A stretch of DNA of 64,000 bases. It comes from a virus. The position numbers and the translations under genes are program-made. How positions within the stretch are numbered: position 1 is the first letter of the stretch; each line of letters begins with the position of its first letter. Below are positions 27,816-37,213 of this stretch, one piece after another. Below the pieces are notes generated by a model, which worked only from the letters and a program-made list of their open reading frames with translations, had not been told where the DNA came from and made no database searches. The stretch is from UHGV virus genome UHGV-1351068, one strand, 5' to 3'.

Positions 27816-29654
27816 TTATTCACTCATCCAGGTCTTACGTGGAGCAGCATCATTACCCATAATTAATTCAAACAGTTCTTTCCAGTTTTCAGGAAGAGAT
27901 ACTACATCATAAACCGGGTCTTGAATAACACGTTCATATTCATCTTCTTCAAGAGAACCAAGACCTTTAATATAACGAAGTTTCCAACCTTTGAAATCAT
28001 CTTTATGGTCTTCATATTCGCCAAGAGAATAGAACCAACGTTGTTCTTTACCTTTGGTGAGAATAATAACCGGAGTTTTCACAAAGCGGATTCTACCTTG
28101 TTCAAACAGTTCAGGCCAATTACTGAAAAACGCTAAAAGACTTGGGAAAATTGAACCAACACCATCAACATCCGCATCGGTCATGATAGCAATATTTCGG
28201 TAGTTAGTATTTTCAGCAGGCTCACCAATCGTCAAACCGGTGATTGCACAAATGTCAAATACTTCCTTGTTCTTCATAGCATCTGCAGCAGACATTCCCC
28301 ATGTATTCATGAACTTACCACGTAGAGGATATCCACCATGAAGTTCACGGTCGCGAGTTGTGAGTAGATAACCAATCGCAGAATCACCTTCGGTCAAGAA
28401 TAAAGTGGTGTCAGCATCTTTACCATATTTGTTGGCTTTGATGTGCTTAGCTACTTTAGCTTTCTGCGCTTTCTTGGCGGCTTTAGTTTCTGCAGCTTTC
28501 TCTGCAGCAAGTTTACGAGCTAACATCGCCTCAATAATCGGCATATGAATATCTTCAGATTTCATAATAGCGTTAGCAAGTTTCTTGTAATCAATATCAA
28601 TATGACTACGAATTTCGCCCCAAGGAGAAGTCAAACGCTCTTTAGTCTGAGAATCAAATCGCATGTTAGACATGTCACGAATAAACATAATGACAGTCAG
28701 ACACTCTTTAATTCGTGCTTTATTAACTTCTAGTTTGTACTTGCGTTTTAATGCTGGAATAAGTTCATTGCTCAGTTCATCAAGAACTAGGTCAACGTGA
28801 GTACCACCATTTTTGGTGTGAATGTTATTAACATATGAAAGCTGGCGGAACCCATCATCTGAGCGACCAATAGCAATAGCACAAGTATCAGAATCCTGCA
28901 CTACCGCATTTTCATCATACATCTGGGCGTAAGCTTTAAACTTACCTTGAACACGTTTACCCATGAATTTGAATTCAATATCAGGATAAACTACTGCTAA
29001 TGTCATCAGACGATCGTGAATGATTGATTGGTCAACATCAGTCAATCCTGTGCTTTCAAAGTGACTGAAATCTGGAATGAATGATACTACAGTACCAGTC
29101 TTATCTTTGATGAATTCTTTGTCTTTTGCTGGATGTTCTTCCCAGGAGATATTTTCTGAGCCATTAGAACAACGGACAATGATTTCATTTTTACCATCAC
29201 ATGTTGCACCAGTGAAAGATACTGAAAAGATGTTAGTTAATGCAGAACCGACACCGTTCATACCACCAGTTTTACGCTCAGCATCATCGCCAAAGTTACC
29301 ACCCGCACGAGGACGAGTCCATGCGGCGACTGGGCCTGGAATAGTTTCTCCTTCAGGAGTTACTACCGGAGCCTGTGGAAGACCACGACCATTATCAGTT
29401 ACGATAATCTTATTTCCCTTGATATCAACGGAAATTTTATTGGCATGTTTAAAATTTGTACGAATTGCTTCATCAACAGAGTTATCAATGATTTCATCAA
29501 TAAGCTTAATAATACCAGGAACATACTTTACTGATTGGAATTTACCAAAAAGAAAACGGTCATGTGCCTCACACGCAGAACTACCGATGTACATTCCGCT
29601 GCGCTTAATGATATGTTCTCGGTCACTCAGAATTTTAATTTCGTTCTTAATCAT
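27816..29654 (-). CDS. 39: gp39 DNA topoisomerase II large subunit, unsplit (39+60 equivalent; GyrB-like ATPase + Toprim)
   Basis: 612 aa. MIKNEIKILSDREHI.KRSGMYIGSS matches the T4 gp39 N-terminus. Toprim LTEGDSAIGY. A single ORF covers what T4 splits into genes 39 and 60. Confidence 0.93.
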   Translation of the reverse strand: MIKNEIKILSDREHIIKRSGMYIGSSACEAHDRFLFGKFQSVKYVPGIIKLIDEIIDNSVDEAIRTNFKHANKISVDIKGNKIIVTDNGRGLPQAPVVTPEGETIPGPVAAWTRPRAGGNFGDDAERKTGGMNGVGSALTNIFSVSFTGATCDGKNEIIVRCSNGSENISWEEHPAKDKEFIKDKTGTVVSFIPDFSHFESTGLTDVDQSIIHDRLMTLAVVYPDIEFKFMGKRVQGKFKAYAQMYDENAVVQDSDTCAIAIGRSDDGFRQLSYVNNIHTKNGGTHVDLVLDELSNELIPALKRKYKLEVNKARIKECLTVIMFIRDMSNMRFDSQTKERLTSPWGEIRSHIDIDYKKLANAIMKSEDIHMPIIEAMLARKLAAEKAAETKAAKKAQKAKVAKHIKANKYGKDADTTLFLTEGDSAIGYLLTTRDRELHGGYPLRGKFMNTWGMSAADAMKNKEVFDICAITGLTIGEPAENTNYRNIAIMTDADVDGVGSIFPSLLAFFSNWPELFEQGRIRFVKTPVIILTKGKEQRWFYSLGEYEDHKDDFKGWKLRYIKGLGSLEEDEYERVIQDPVYDVVSLPENWKELFELIMGNDAAPRKTWMSE

Positions 29655-29694
29655 TACATTTCCTCAGTTAGTGGAGGCATTATATCAATACATT

Positions 29695-29892
29695 TTAAAA
29701 GCATACTTCAGCAGCACCAGTAGAAGGATTAACACAAAGATTATCTGAAATCTTAACACCAACTTGTCCATTCACACCAATACCAATTGAGCTTTTCTGA
29801 ACTTCATTAGAAGATTCCGTAGAATCTGCTAAGGAAACCAGAACTCCAATTGAGATAACTAATGCGATTAAAGTTAAGATGATGTATTTCAT
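29695..29892 (-). CDS. small secreted/membrane protein (65 aa)
   Basis: N-terminal hydrophobic signal-like segment MKYIILTLIALVISIGVLVSLA. Own early promoter. Confidence 0.4.
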   Translation of the reverse strand: MKYIILTLIALVISIGVLVSLADSTESSNEVQKSSIGIGVNGQVGVKISDNLCVNPSTGAAEVCF

Positions 29893-29916
29893 GTTTTATT
29901 CTCCAGTAGTTTATAA

Positions 29917-29950
29917 GTCTATAATACCACAGAAGACCATTCGTGTAAAC
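29917..29950 (-). promoter_or_regulatory. Early promoter (GTTTAC ... TGGTATTATAGAC)
   Basis: Repeated family member, immediately after terminator hairpin 29957-29972. Confidence 0.45.
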
Positions 29951-29956
29951 AACTAA

Positions 29957-29972
29957 AGGACCCGAAGGTCCT
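29957..29972. terminator. GC tetraloop hairpin (aggacc-cgaa-ggtcct) + T5
   Basis: Perfect stem with T run. Confidence 0.45.
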
Positions 29973-29974
29973 TT

Positions 29975-30223
29975 TTATTCAAAACGAATAGTACTATTCT
30001 TCAAGAAAATCCCAGAACACACTGTACCTTTAACCGTCTTTCCGGTAGGACCGACCGCTTTGAATCCGGTATGCTGAAAATCATCTTCCGAACATGAGAA
30101 AAATTTGTATCCAGTGATATCAACTTCAGTGAATCCTGCATTTTCTAACACGCGAGTTGCGTTATCAGCGTCAGTGCATCCAATCATCATGAAGGCAAGC
30201 GCTGTAATTAAAATCTTTTTCAT
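29975..30223 (-). CDS. putative lipoprotein (82 aa)
   Basis: Signal peptide with lipobox-like MIGC (MKKILITALAFMMIGCTD...). Confidence 0.45.
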   Translation of the reverse strand: MKKILITALAFMMIGCTDADNATRVLENAGFTEVDITGYKFFSCSEDDFQHTGFKAVGPTGKTVKGTVCSGIFLKNSTIRFE

Positions 30224-30308
30224 TTTAATTTAACCCTATAAGTTATATTACCTACTTTAATAACCCGGATTTCTCCGGGTTTCATGGTAATGCGTGCTTT
30301 AGTTCCCA

Positions 30309-30485
30309 TCAATAATCACCACTCTTTAATCCATCGTAGTGAACTGCCGGAGCAGAAACCACTCGCTTCATTTGGCCTTCGCATCCAGTATTGAAGCACT
30401 CGATAGTATAATCGCGTTGAGAAATTTTACGCATAATTTCTATCTTTTTCCCACATACTTCACACTTGTAATCATACATTGGCAT
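30309..30485 (-). CDS. zinc-ribbon small protein (CxxC...CxxC)
   Basis: YDYKCEVCGKKIE...ECFNTGCEGQ. FmdB-like zinc ribbon. Start uncertain (M4 or M6 of the track ORF). Confidence 0.45.
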   Translation of the reverse strand: MPMYDYKCEVCGKKIEIMRKISQRDYTIECFNTGCEGQMKRVVSAPAVHYDGLKSGDY

Positions 30486-30807
30486 TAACAGCATCCTTCC
30501 ATTTTTGTGTTTTGATCATGATTTGCTCATTCAGTGCACGAGTAACCATCATGGAGATTTCATCATCTGATACATGGGTATCATTTTTATGACGATTTCT
30601 GAAATGCAGCCAAAGTGCATCTACTACACAGTTAATAACATCTGCGCACTCGCCTTCAAATTCTTCTTTCTGCCGCCATGGACGATTAATCCAATCACAC
30701 ATTTCTCCAGTTTCTGAAGAAAGTTGCAGCATGACATTCCCAATGCTACGGTTAGGAATAGGATAAGACAATTTTGATGCTTCAAAAATAGGAGCTAAAT
30801 TTAACAT
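30472..30807 (-). CDS. hypothetical protein, possible MazG-like all-alpha NTP pyrophosphohydrolase
   Basis: 111 aa. SETGEM...KEEFEGECADVINCVVDAL loosely resembles the ExxE...EExGD motifs of MazG/HisE-type NTP-PPases. Weak. Confidence 0.35.
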   Translation of the reverse strand: MLNLAPIFEASKLSYPIPNRSIGNVMLQLSSETGEMCDWINRPWRQKEEFEGECADVINCVVDALWLHFRNRHKNDTHVSDDEISMMVTRALNEQIMIKTQKWKDAVNANV

Positions 30808-31169
30808 TGATATGCACTCTGCAGTGCTGCAATAGCAGCGATTGCTTGACCACGATTATGAACAGAAAGATTCATAACCAAATCGGTTGGAATTACATTC
30901 GCGGAAGTTCCAACTTCAGTAAAGTATTTGAATTCGCTATCAAAAATTACAAGGTCTTCACCGTCAATTTCATCACATTCTGTGCCATTAGCCCACGTAA
31001 TTCCGGATACTCTATTATTTTGGCGGTCAACTTTAGTAACAGTAAAACTCCCGCCATTTTCATGGAGTTCATACACAAAGTCTTCATTAAACTCGTAACG
31101 TGATGAAAATTCTTCTTCCGCTTCATCATTGACGAATTTGTACTGTACACCTTCTTTAAAATTCATCAC
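30801..31169 (-). CDS. hypothetical protein (122 aa)
   Basis: ATG start. Overlapping coupling with neighbours. Confidence 0.45.
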   Translation of the reverse strand: MMNFKEGVQYKFVNDEAEEEFSSRYEFNEDFVYELHENGGSFTVTKVDRQNNRVSGITWANGTECDEIDGEDLVIFDSEFKYFTEVGTSANVIPTDLVMNLSVHNRGQAIAAIAALQSAYQC

Positions 31170-31381
31170 ACAATCTCCATATATTCTGGGCCATCAACTG
31201 TAATTACACGAGCAAAGGTACGAACCGGGACGATATCGCCGTGATTAGCGAATACATACAACCAAGTCCAATGCTCTTCTTTACCGAAGGTTTTCTCTTT
31301 CTGAACGACGATTAAGTCTGGGTTGAACAGAATGTCTTCAAAAGCTTCAGCAGTAATTTTTACGGTGTTTTCAGTTTTCAT
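31166..31381 (-). CDS. hypothetical protein (71 aa)
   Basis: ATG start directly downstream of early promoter 31405-31438. Confidence 0.45.
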   Translation of the reverse strand: MKTENTVKITAEAFEDILFNPDLIVVQKEKTFGKEEHWTWLYVFANHGDIVPVRTFARVITVDGPEYMEIV

Positions 31382-31404
31382 GTTATTCTCCTCAGTAGTT
31401 GATA

Positions 31405-31438
31405 AGATAATAGTACCACATCCTTGTGATAAGTAAAC
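31405..31438 (-). promoter_or_regulatory. Early promoter (GTTTAC ... TGGTACTATTATC)
   Basis: Repeated family member. Confidence 0.45.
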
Positions 31439-31444
31439 AACTTT

Positions 31445-31885
31445 TTAAACTAAACCTGGATTTTGTGATTCTGACACTTCTACGTCTTCCTTTGGAAGGA
31501 CCGCAAAGTTCCCCTGAAAAACTACGTTTACTAAGGTTTTATCATCTTCTTCCCACTCATCAGTGACAAGAACATTTTTGCCTTGACTTAGATTTTTTGC
31601 CGGATTTTTTGGGTCTTTGGATTGAGTGACAACGTTTTTAAGGGTTTTAACACGAACCCACTTACGTTCAAAGCTTTCTTTAACATTGTTAGTGTCTTTA
31701 AACTTCAAATATTTTGCAGGAACTACAAATTTTTCTAAGCAATGAATATAATCACCAGAATCAGAATGAATTTTATAACCTGCTTTACCATCATTACGAT
31801 TAGCAACTTTAACGATCACACCAGTATGACCAACCCACTTGCCGCCAGTAACTTCTACAGCATCGCCTACAATCAAATTTTTCAT
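31445..31885 (-). CDS. hypothetical protein with KOW-like N-terminal motif (146 aa)
   Basis: IVGDAVEVTGGKWVGHTGVIVKV resembles a KOW/SH3-like beta motif. No further assignment. Confidence 0.45.
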   Translation of the reverse strand: MKNLIVGDAVEVTGGKWVGHTGVIVKVANRNDGKAGYKIHSDSGDYIHCLEKFVVPAKYLKFKDTNNVKESFERKWVRVKTLKNVVTQSKDPKNPAKNLSQGKNVLVTDEWEEDDKTLVNVVFQGNFAVLPKEDVEVSESQNPGLV

Positions 31886-31942
31886 CGTGTTTCTCTCAGT
31901 TTGTTAATGTAGAGCCATTATATAACGGCTCTTTCATAAAGT

Positions 31943-32116
31943 AAATAGTTATCGGTGAGAAATTTCGCATCCAACATCGACGCCGAACAGATACCCAGCT
32001 TCCCACCCTTTAGCCATCATAGCCTTGGCCACCAGAACCATCGTTGGAGAGATTTCCGGGAGGATTTCCCGGTTGAACCACTCTTCGAAGTTTTCATCGA
32101 ACTCAAACTCTTCCAT
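31943..32116 (-). CDS. small acidic hypothetical protein (57 aa; dexA.1 position)
   Basis: Not in the track. ATG overlaps the dexA stop (TAATG). MEEFEFDENFEEWFNREILPE... Confidence 0.3.
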
Positions 32117-32805
32117 TAGCCACGCCCCTTAGGTAAACTCAGTGGATCGGTATCTTCTGGACTTGGTGCTTCGCTTAGGCCTAGAGCATAGCGTTGAGCA
32201 TATTTAAGCATTAGAATATCTTTGGCACAGTCATGGATACTATCATGCGCGATAAATCCATCGAGCGTACCCTTTGGAAGAGGGGTAGTTGTCAGCCCAC
32301 GAGTCAGAAGCAGCGATTCAATTGCAGTACGAATGTCACGCTGATTCCAGAACTTGCATGGTTCTTCTTTAAATGTATCAATTTCTTCTTCGGAAATTCC
32401 TTGGGCTCGTTGAACATCGCGAAGACAATCAACAAAAATCGGAAAGTCAAAGCTCTGCCCACGACACCAGCCAAAGGAATCCCATGGGTGAATTCCATTA
32501 TCAATCAGATATTGCTGGGCTTCTTTAATTCCAGCAATTACTGATAAATCGTCTGGCGTTGAGGCCAGGTTAGCCCGGGCTTCAGCTGATTGTTTCTTCC
32601 ACCAATCAAGAGTAGACTTACCAAACAACCGATGACCTTTCTGGGATTTAAGGTCAAACTTAATACGATGACCACGCTTGACCAATTCATCGAAGCTTTC
32701 CAGAACTTCAGGGTCAGAATCAAAGGTGATTAGTGCAAGGTCAATCACGGAAGAGCTTGACACATTTCCGAATGTTTCAAAATCAATAATAAAGTCTTTA
32801 GCCAT
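32116..32805 (-). CDS. dexA: DexA exonuclease A (DEDDh 3'-5' exonuclease)
   Basis: 229 aa (T4 227). Exo I motif IIDFETFG. Position between dda and the 39 region. Confidence 0.85.
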   Translation of the reverse strand: MAKDFIIDFETFGNVSSSSVIDLALITFDSDPEVLESFDELVKRGHRIKFDLKSQKGHRLFGKSTLDWWKKQSAEARANLASTPDDLSVIAGIKEAQQYLIDNGIHPWDSFGWCRGQSFDFPIFVDCLRDVQRAQGISEEEIDTFKEEPCKFWNQRDIRTAIESLLLTRGLTTTPLPKGTLDGFIAHDSIHDCAKDILMLKYAQRYALGLSEAPSPEDTDPLSLPKGRG

Positions 32806-33052
32806 TTTGAGCCTCTAGCATAAATTTAATTTCGCGTAACTGGCAACCAATATATTCGCTCAGATACACCTTTGGGTCATATCCTGTAAACCAAGTGATA
32901 GCATTAGCGTTATCTGCTATATCACGAAGCTCATTCAGAACTGTATCAATTTTAATGTTAATAGCACGCTTAACGTTATCTGGTGCTTCAAACTTAGATT
33001 CTTGTAAGCCAACAATCATTGTTTGAAGGTCTTCTAATTTCAATTCAAACAT
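32798..33052 (-). CDS. hypothetical protein (84 aa; dda.1 position)
   Basis: Between dda and dexA. Overlaps the dexA start. Confidence 0.45.
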   Translation of the reverse strand: MFELKLEDLQTMIVGLQESKFEAPDNVKRAINIKIDTVLNELRDIADNANAITWFTGYDPKVYLSEYIGCQLREIKFMLEAQNG

Positions 33053-33058
33053 ATTACC

Positions 33059-34390
33059 TCACACATAAAATACATCATATCGACCTCGGGTAGTACCAAC
33101 ATATAATAACTGCTGTGCGAGAGAAGCATCTGCCATGTGAATGCATGGAGTATAAATGAAGCTTCTGTCAATTGAGATACCCTGGGCCTTATGGAAAGTT
33201 GAAGCCGGCAATGCTTTCACTTTATGGAACTTGCGCTTGGCATCCCAAAATTCAGACCAAGGAGCTTTACCTCCTTTATTCCAATTCTTATATGTATCTG
33301 CAGTTTTTGCCAAGAAGAATTGAAATTTATTCATTTCTTCTTCGGATGAGATGACACAGATTTTCTCTCTAGCGTACTCTTCATCGTCGCCATAGGTTTC
33401 AATATCTAATACCCAATGACGAACCAGATATTCACCTGGAACACCTCTGGCACCCAAAAATGTGGTGGTTTCAACTGCGTCTAATATGCGAACAAACTGA
33501 CCATTATTGAAAAGAATTTCGCTGAATTTCTTCCCTTCAAATTTAAGTTCCTTGGTAAGAGGTTCTTGCATAACAACAATCTCACCTACTACGAATGGTC
33601 GGTCAGTTTCGTATATTCTTCGTCTGATTATTTCGTTCAGTTTATCAACAGATTTATTCGTGAACGCAAGCATTCTGTTTTCAAATAAATCTTCTGGGGT
33701 TTTAACTAAATTAAAATAATTTAGCATAAAATCTTTAAGGGCAGTTCCTTTCGTAAAACCACGGACACCATGACCATCAACTACACAGTCACGAATCCAT
33801 CCACCATTTCTGATTTCGGTAGCGACTTCAATGATTGGGGCATTACTCCGCATCACCTCGGTCAAATGAAGCTGTAAGAAATCTTTATGAGTGAAGAATG
33901 GACTCAATGCAGGTTCATTACTTCCAGGTTCTACTGGACGAATTTGAGCCTTATCACCAATGGCAATGACAATACACCATGCAGGAATAGTTGCCATCAA
34001 AATCTTAAACAGCTTACGGTCATACATTGAAGCTTCATCACAGATGAGAACTCGAATAGATGCCATATCCGGAACTTTCTTCTGCTCAAACAGCACGTTT
34101 TCTTCATATGTCGTCGGGTTAATTTTCAGAAGACTATGAATAGTACTGGCTTGCATTCCACTGAGCTTAGATAAAACCTTTTTGGCCCCATGCGTAGGTG
34201 CTGCCAACGCAATTCCAGAGATACCCTGAGAAATCAAAGCATCAATGATAAATTTAGTTAAAGTTGTTTTACCTGTACCGGCAGGTCCATTAATCGTAAT
34301 GTGTTGTCCTTTAGCTCCTTGTTTGACCATTTCAATGACTTTATTAAAAATCGCTTTTTGACTTTCTTTTAATTGGTCAAACGTAATCAT
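33059..34390 (-). CDS. dda: Dda DNA helicase (SF1B)
   Basis: 443 aa (T4 439). ...HVTINGPAGTGKTTLTKFII.ALIS.G..GI.LAAPTH.AKK.LSKLSG..ASTIHS.LKINP.TYEENVLFEQK.VPD......RVLICDE.SMYDRKLFKIL near-identical to T4 Dda. Confidence 0.93.
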   Translation of the reverse strand: MITFDQLKESQKAIFNKVIEMVKQGAKGQHITINGPAGTGKTTLTKFIIDALISQGISGIALAAPTHGAKKVLSKLSGMQASTIHSLLKINPTTYEENVLFEQKKVPDMASIRVLICDEASMYDRKLFKILMATIPAWCIVIAIGDKAQIRPVEPGSNEPALSPFFTHKDFLQLHLTEVMRSNAPIIEVATEIRNGGWIRDCVVDGHGVRGFTKGTALKDFMLNYFNLVKTPEDLFENRMLAFTNKSVDKLNEIIRRRIYETDRPFVVGEIVVMQEPLTKELKFEGKKFSEILFNNGQFVRILDAVETTTFLGARGVPGEYLVRHWVLDIETYGDDEEYAREKICVISSEEEMNKFQFFLAKTADTYKNWNKGGKAPWSEFWDAKRKFHKVKALPASTFHKAQGISIDRSFIYTPCIHMADASLAQQLLYVGTTRGRYDVFYV

Positions 34391-34701
34391 GCCACTTTTA
34401 CCCTCACTACATGTAGATTTTTAATTTTTGCTTTGAGTTTTTCGCGCTCAACATCGCTAAGTGGTTCATACACTAGCTCAGTTGTTTTCCACCAAAGCAT
34501 TCCTTTGGTTTTGCTTTTCCCAGTAAAATTCCCTTTTGCTAATTTGTCTGTTAAAACCGACATTGTACGAATCCGTGCTTTATTGGCTGATTCTTCATTA
34601 GTGAAGACCACACATCGTTCTCCATCGTACATATCAGTTGTGACTGGATGGTCAAATCCGTCTTTATCCTTATACGCTACTACATATCCATAGTGTTGCA
34701 T
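34387..34701 (-). CDS. hypothetical protein (104 aa)
   Basis: ATGA coupling with dda. Confidence 0.45.
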   Translation of the reverse strand: MQHYGYVVAYKDKDGFDHPVTTDMYDGERCVVFTNEESANKARIRTMSVLTDKLAKGNFTGKSKTKGMLWWKTTELVYEPLSDVEREKLKAKIKNLHVVRVKVA

Positions 34702-35456
34702 TACATTTTACCTCTCAAAAGTTGGAAGAAGGACGCAGTCAATGGAAGACCTTTTTTCAATTTTAACTTATCTAACATTGAGCATTTTTCTAACCGACGA
34801 AGTGAGCTAACAATTAGCCGTATTGATTGTACACGGATTTCAGCATCTGATGGACGATTCGGAACTGACGCTAAAATAGCAGATAACTTACGCTCAACTT
34901 TAGCTAATTCAGATTTACCACCGCTGATACGAGTTCTCAATGCATTAATAAGTTCTAAATCAGCCGAGGTTGCAGTTCCATTCTTTTCTTTTTGCACAAA
35001 TTGAGAAAGATGATTTTCACGATTGTGTAAGTTAGTTTTAATTGATGCGATAGTTTTTTCATACTCACGAATCTTTTCCCAACGAGAAGCTTCTTTATCA
35101 CTTGTTGGCTTAACAGAATCTGAAGAACGAACTATGCGTGCTGCGATTTCATTCGCTTTTCGCTCAAGTCCTTCAATAGTGTTATTTCCACGTAAAGTAT
35201 TATACTTTTGCTTGACAGGAATAACATTCCCCACTACATATCCTAAATCATTATTCCAGCGTTCAAGAGTCATGCTGTCAGGATGATTTCCTTTGACGGT
35301 GCCAAACTTTTCACCTGAGTATGCGCAATGAGTCTGTTGCATGATGTTAAACAGATACTCGGGAGTAAGATTGAACTCCTTGTGCCGACGTTGGGCAGAA
35401 CCTAAAGTTGTAATCAGACGAGTATAAACTTTAGCAGTTTCAGCAGTGAATTTCAT
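34701..35456 (-). CDS. Srd-position protein (251 aa) with HNH-like N-terminal motif and coiled-coil C-terminus
   Basis: Occupies the srd position (between dda and mod genes). Size is close to T4 Srd. N-terminal HCAYSGEKF...HPDSMTLERWNNDLGYVVGNV resembles an HNH-like fold. Assignment tentative. Confidence 0.45.
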   Translation of the reverse strand: MKFTAETAKVYTRLITTLGSAQRRHKEFNLTPEYLFNIMQQTHCAYSGEKFGTVKGNHPDSMTLERWNNDLGYVVGNVIPVKQKYNTLRGNNTIEGLERKANEIAARIVRSSDSVKPTSDKEASRWEKIREYEKTIASIKTNLHNRENHLSQFVQKEKNGTATSADLELINALRTRISGGKSELAKVERKLSAILASVPNRPSDAEIRVQSIRLIVSSLRRLEKCSMLDKLKLKKGLPLTASFFQLLRGKM

Positions 35457-35535
35457 TATGTTTTCCTCAAAATGCTTTCGTCTTACGGACGGTATAATGG
35501 GTCTAGGTCCCTAGTTCTAGATAATCACTAGTTGA

Positions 35536-36225
35536 CTAAGCTATAGTAACACTAAAGTAGTCCATAAGTAAACCAGATTTTTCAACTTTGTTATGACCCA
35601 CCACTTTGAACTTAGTTCCCATCGGTAGCATCCTTTCTTGTTCTTTATCAATCATCTCGATGTCAGCGCTTCTGCGCTGAGCAATGTTATCAATCACGTC
35701 ATTTGGTCGCATGAATTCAGAATCTGGTGCAGTAATTAAAAGCGATTTCATGTTGGTATGATAATCAAATGATTGATGGCAATTATTGACTTCAATGACT
35801 ACAAATGTCGAGTAATGCCATTTGCCTGCAAACTCTCGGGCGATCGTTTCATCTGTTGTGAATGACGCCACCTTTCCAAAGTCAAATTGCTCTCCTTTAA
35901 TAAGAGCGTCATAAAAGGCTTTAGCCTCACGGCATGATAAACCTCTATAGAGAGTGTCTCTGTTATCAATTTGATGACGCCTAACGATAGAGTCAAGTTT
36001 CTTATGAAATTCTTCGCCAATCTTATTGTTCATGCACTGCCACAGAATTGACTGTTCTTTGCAGTCAAAACGATTAGCTAATGCTTCCCACACGCTTAAA
36101 TCATATAAGGGTAATCCTTTGCTTTCTCGCGCGAAGTTAAGAACATCAATGGAACGAATGGGTTCTTCGATAGGAATAACCTTTGATAATTTTACTGAAA
36201 TAGATGGGTTTAATAAAATAGCCAT
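35536..36225 (-). CDS. Mod/Alt-family ADP-ribosyltransferase (R-S-E class)
   Basis: Trimmed to the SD-preceded ATG (MAILLNPS...), because the track start lies inside the promoter -10. Candidate catalytic triad: LYRG (Arg), ASFTTD (STS-like), EQERML (ExE). Position matches T4 modA/modB. Confidence 0.6.
   Translation of the reverse strand: MAILLNPSISVKLSKVIPIEEPIRSIDVLNFARESKGLPLYDLSVWEALANRFDCKEQSILWQCMNNKIGEEFHKKLDSIVRRHQIDNRDTLYRGLSCREAKAFYDALIKGEQFDFGKVASFTTDETIAREFAGKWHYSTFVVIEVNNCHQSFDYHTNMKSLLITAPDSEFMRPNDVIDNIAQRRSADIEMIDKEQERMLPMGTKFKVVGHNKVEKSGLLMDYFSVTIA
35541..35573 (-). promoter_or_regulatory. Early promoter overlapping the 3' end of the mod-like gene, driving the srd-position gene
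   Basis: Repeated family member (gtaaac ... ctatagtaaca on plus strand). Confidence 0.4.
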
Positions 36226-36250
36226 GATATTCTCCATTTTGGTTACGAGA

Positions 36251-36283
36251 GGTATCATATCATGGCTTTTTAGAAGAGTAAAC
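36251..36283 (-). promoter_or_regulatory. Early promoter for the ADP-ribosyltransferase gene
   Basis: Repeated family member. Confidence 0.45.
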
Positions 36284-36295
36284 TACTTTGTGAAA

Positions 36296-36496
36296 TTATT
36301 TTGCCCACGGAGACCAGGGCGGCGGGTCAGACCAGATTGAAGCTAGTTCATCTAGAAGAGCTTCTGGGGCTTTAATACCATACTTCTGTATAATTATACG
36401 GTATTCGTCTTTGATGTCCTTAGAAATCACTGGATGAACTTGAACCTCTTCCTGAGGCTCTTCCATCATTTCAAACAAATCCATCACATGAACCAC
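36296..36496 (-). CDS. hypothetical acidic protein (66 aa)
   Basis: ATG start. Overlaps the next ORF. Confidence 0.35.
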   Translation of the reverse strand: MVHVMDLFEMMEEPQEEVQVHPVISKDIKDEYRIIIQKYGIKAPEALLDELASIWSDPPPWSPWAK

Positions 36497-36993
36497 TCAG
36501 TATTGCGATACAGACAACTACTGCTGTTATATCCATCAGCTGCTTTTTGCAACAGCGGGCTTGGAGCAAGTTTGATAAAATCTGCGCCCATATATAACCA
36601 AACTAACTTAGTAAATTCTATTAGAGAATCTGTGCTATCAATGATAATCTTTTTGCCTCTTGAAATTATGTCATTTTCGTATTCATATAAGCTAGTTTCA
36701 TGACATACATTGGTGTATCCTTTCAAGTGGAGAGCATGCAGTATAGAAACAGGACTTCCTGGAACTGTATCTACGTCAAAGACATGAGCAGTCTTAATAA
36801 TGCCATAATCTTCAGAAGGACACCAACCAAACGCCTCGAATTTATTAATTAAGTCTTTGAAATCTTTGTCGAACGTACTGTATAGAGCAACAGTAAAAAT
36901 TCTATCTTGGTCAAGACGCAAAACTCCATTTGCATCACTTCTTGATTGAACTGCACGTTGTAAACTTACTTTATAGATTTTTGCGTTTGCCAC
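36484..36993 (-). CDS. hypothetical protein (169 aa)
   Basis: ATG start. No family recognised. Confidence 0.45.
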   Translation of the reverse strand: MANAKIYKVSLQRAVQSRSDANGVLRLDQDRIFTVALYSTFDKDFKDLINKFEAFGWCPSEDYGIIKTAHVFDVDTVPGSPVSILHALHLKGYTNVCHETSLYEYENDIISRGKKIIIDSTDSLIEFTKLVWLYMGADFIKLAPSPLLQKAADGYNSSSCLYRNTEWFM

Positions 36994-37162
36994 AAAGAGC
37001 TCCTTCAGTCATGTTATTGTCTTCAAACCATTTATCATTTGCTTTAATTAAAGCTGGAGCTGCTTTAAGCAATAACGCAGCAGCTCTTACACCTCTGTAC
37101 CAACAATCAAAATGAGACTTCTTTAATGGTGATTGATACCAGGGCTTAGTATAACATATCAT
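36971..37162 (-). CDS. hypothetical protein (63 aa)
   Basis: ATG start. Overlapping coupling. Confidence 0.35.
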   Translation of the reverse strand: MICYTKPWYQSPLKKSHFDCWYRGVRAAALLLKAAPALIKANDKWFEDNNMTEGALCGKRKNL

Positions 37163-37213
37163 TTTGTTCTCCTCAGTTAGTAGGAATAATATACTATTCC
37201 CAGTATAGCATAA

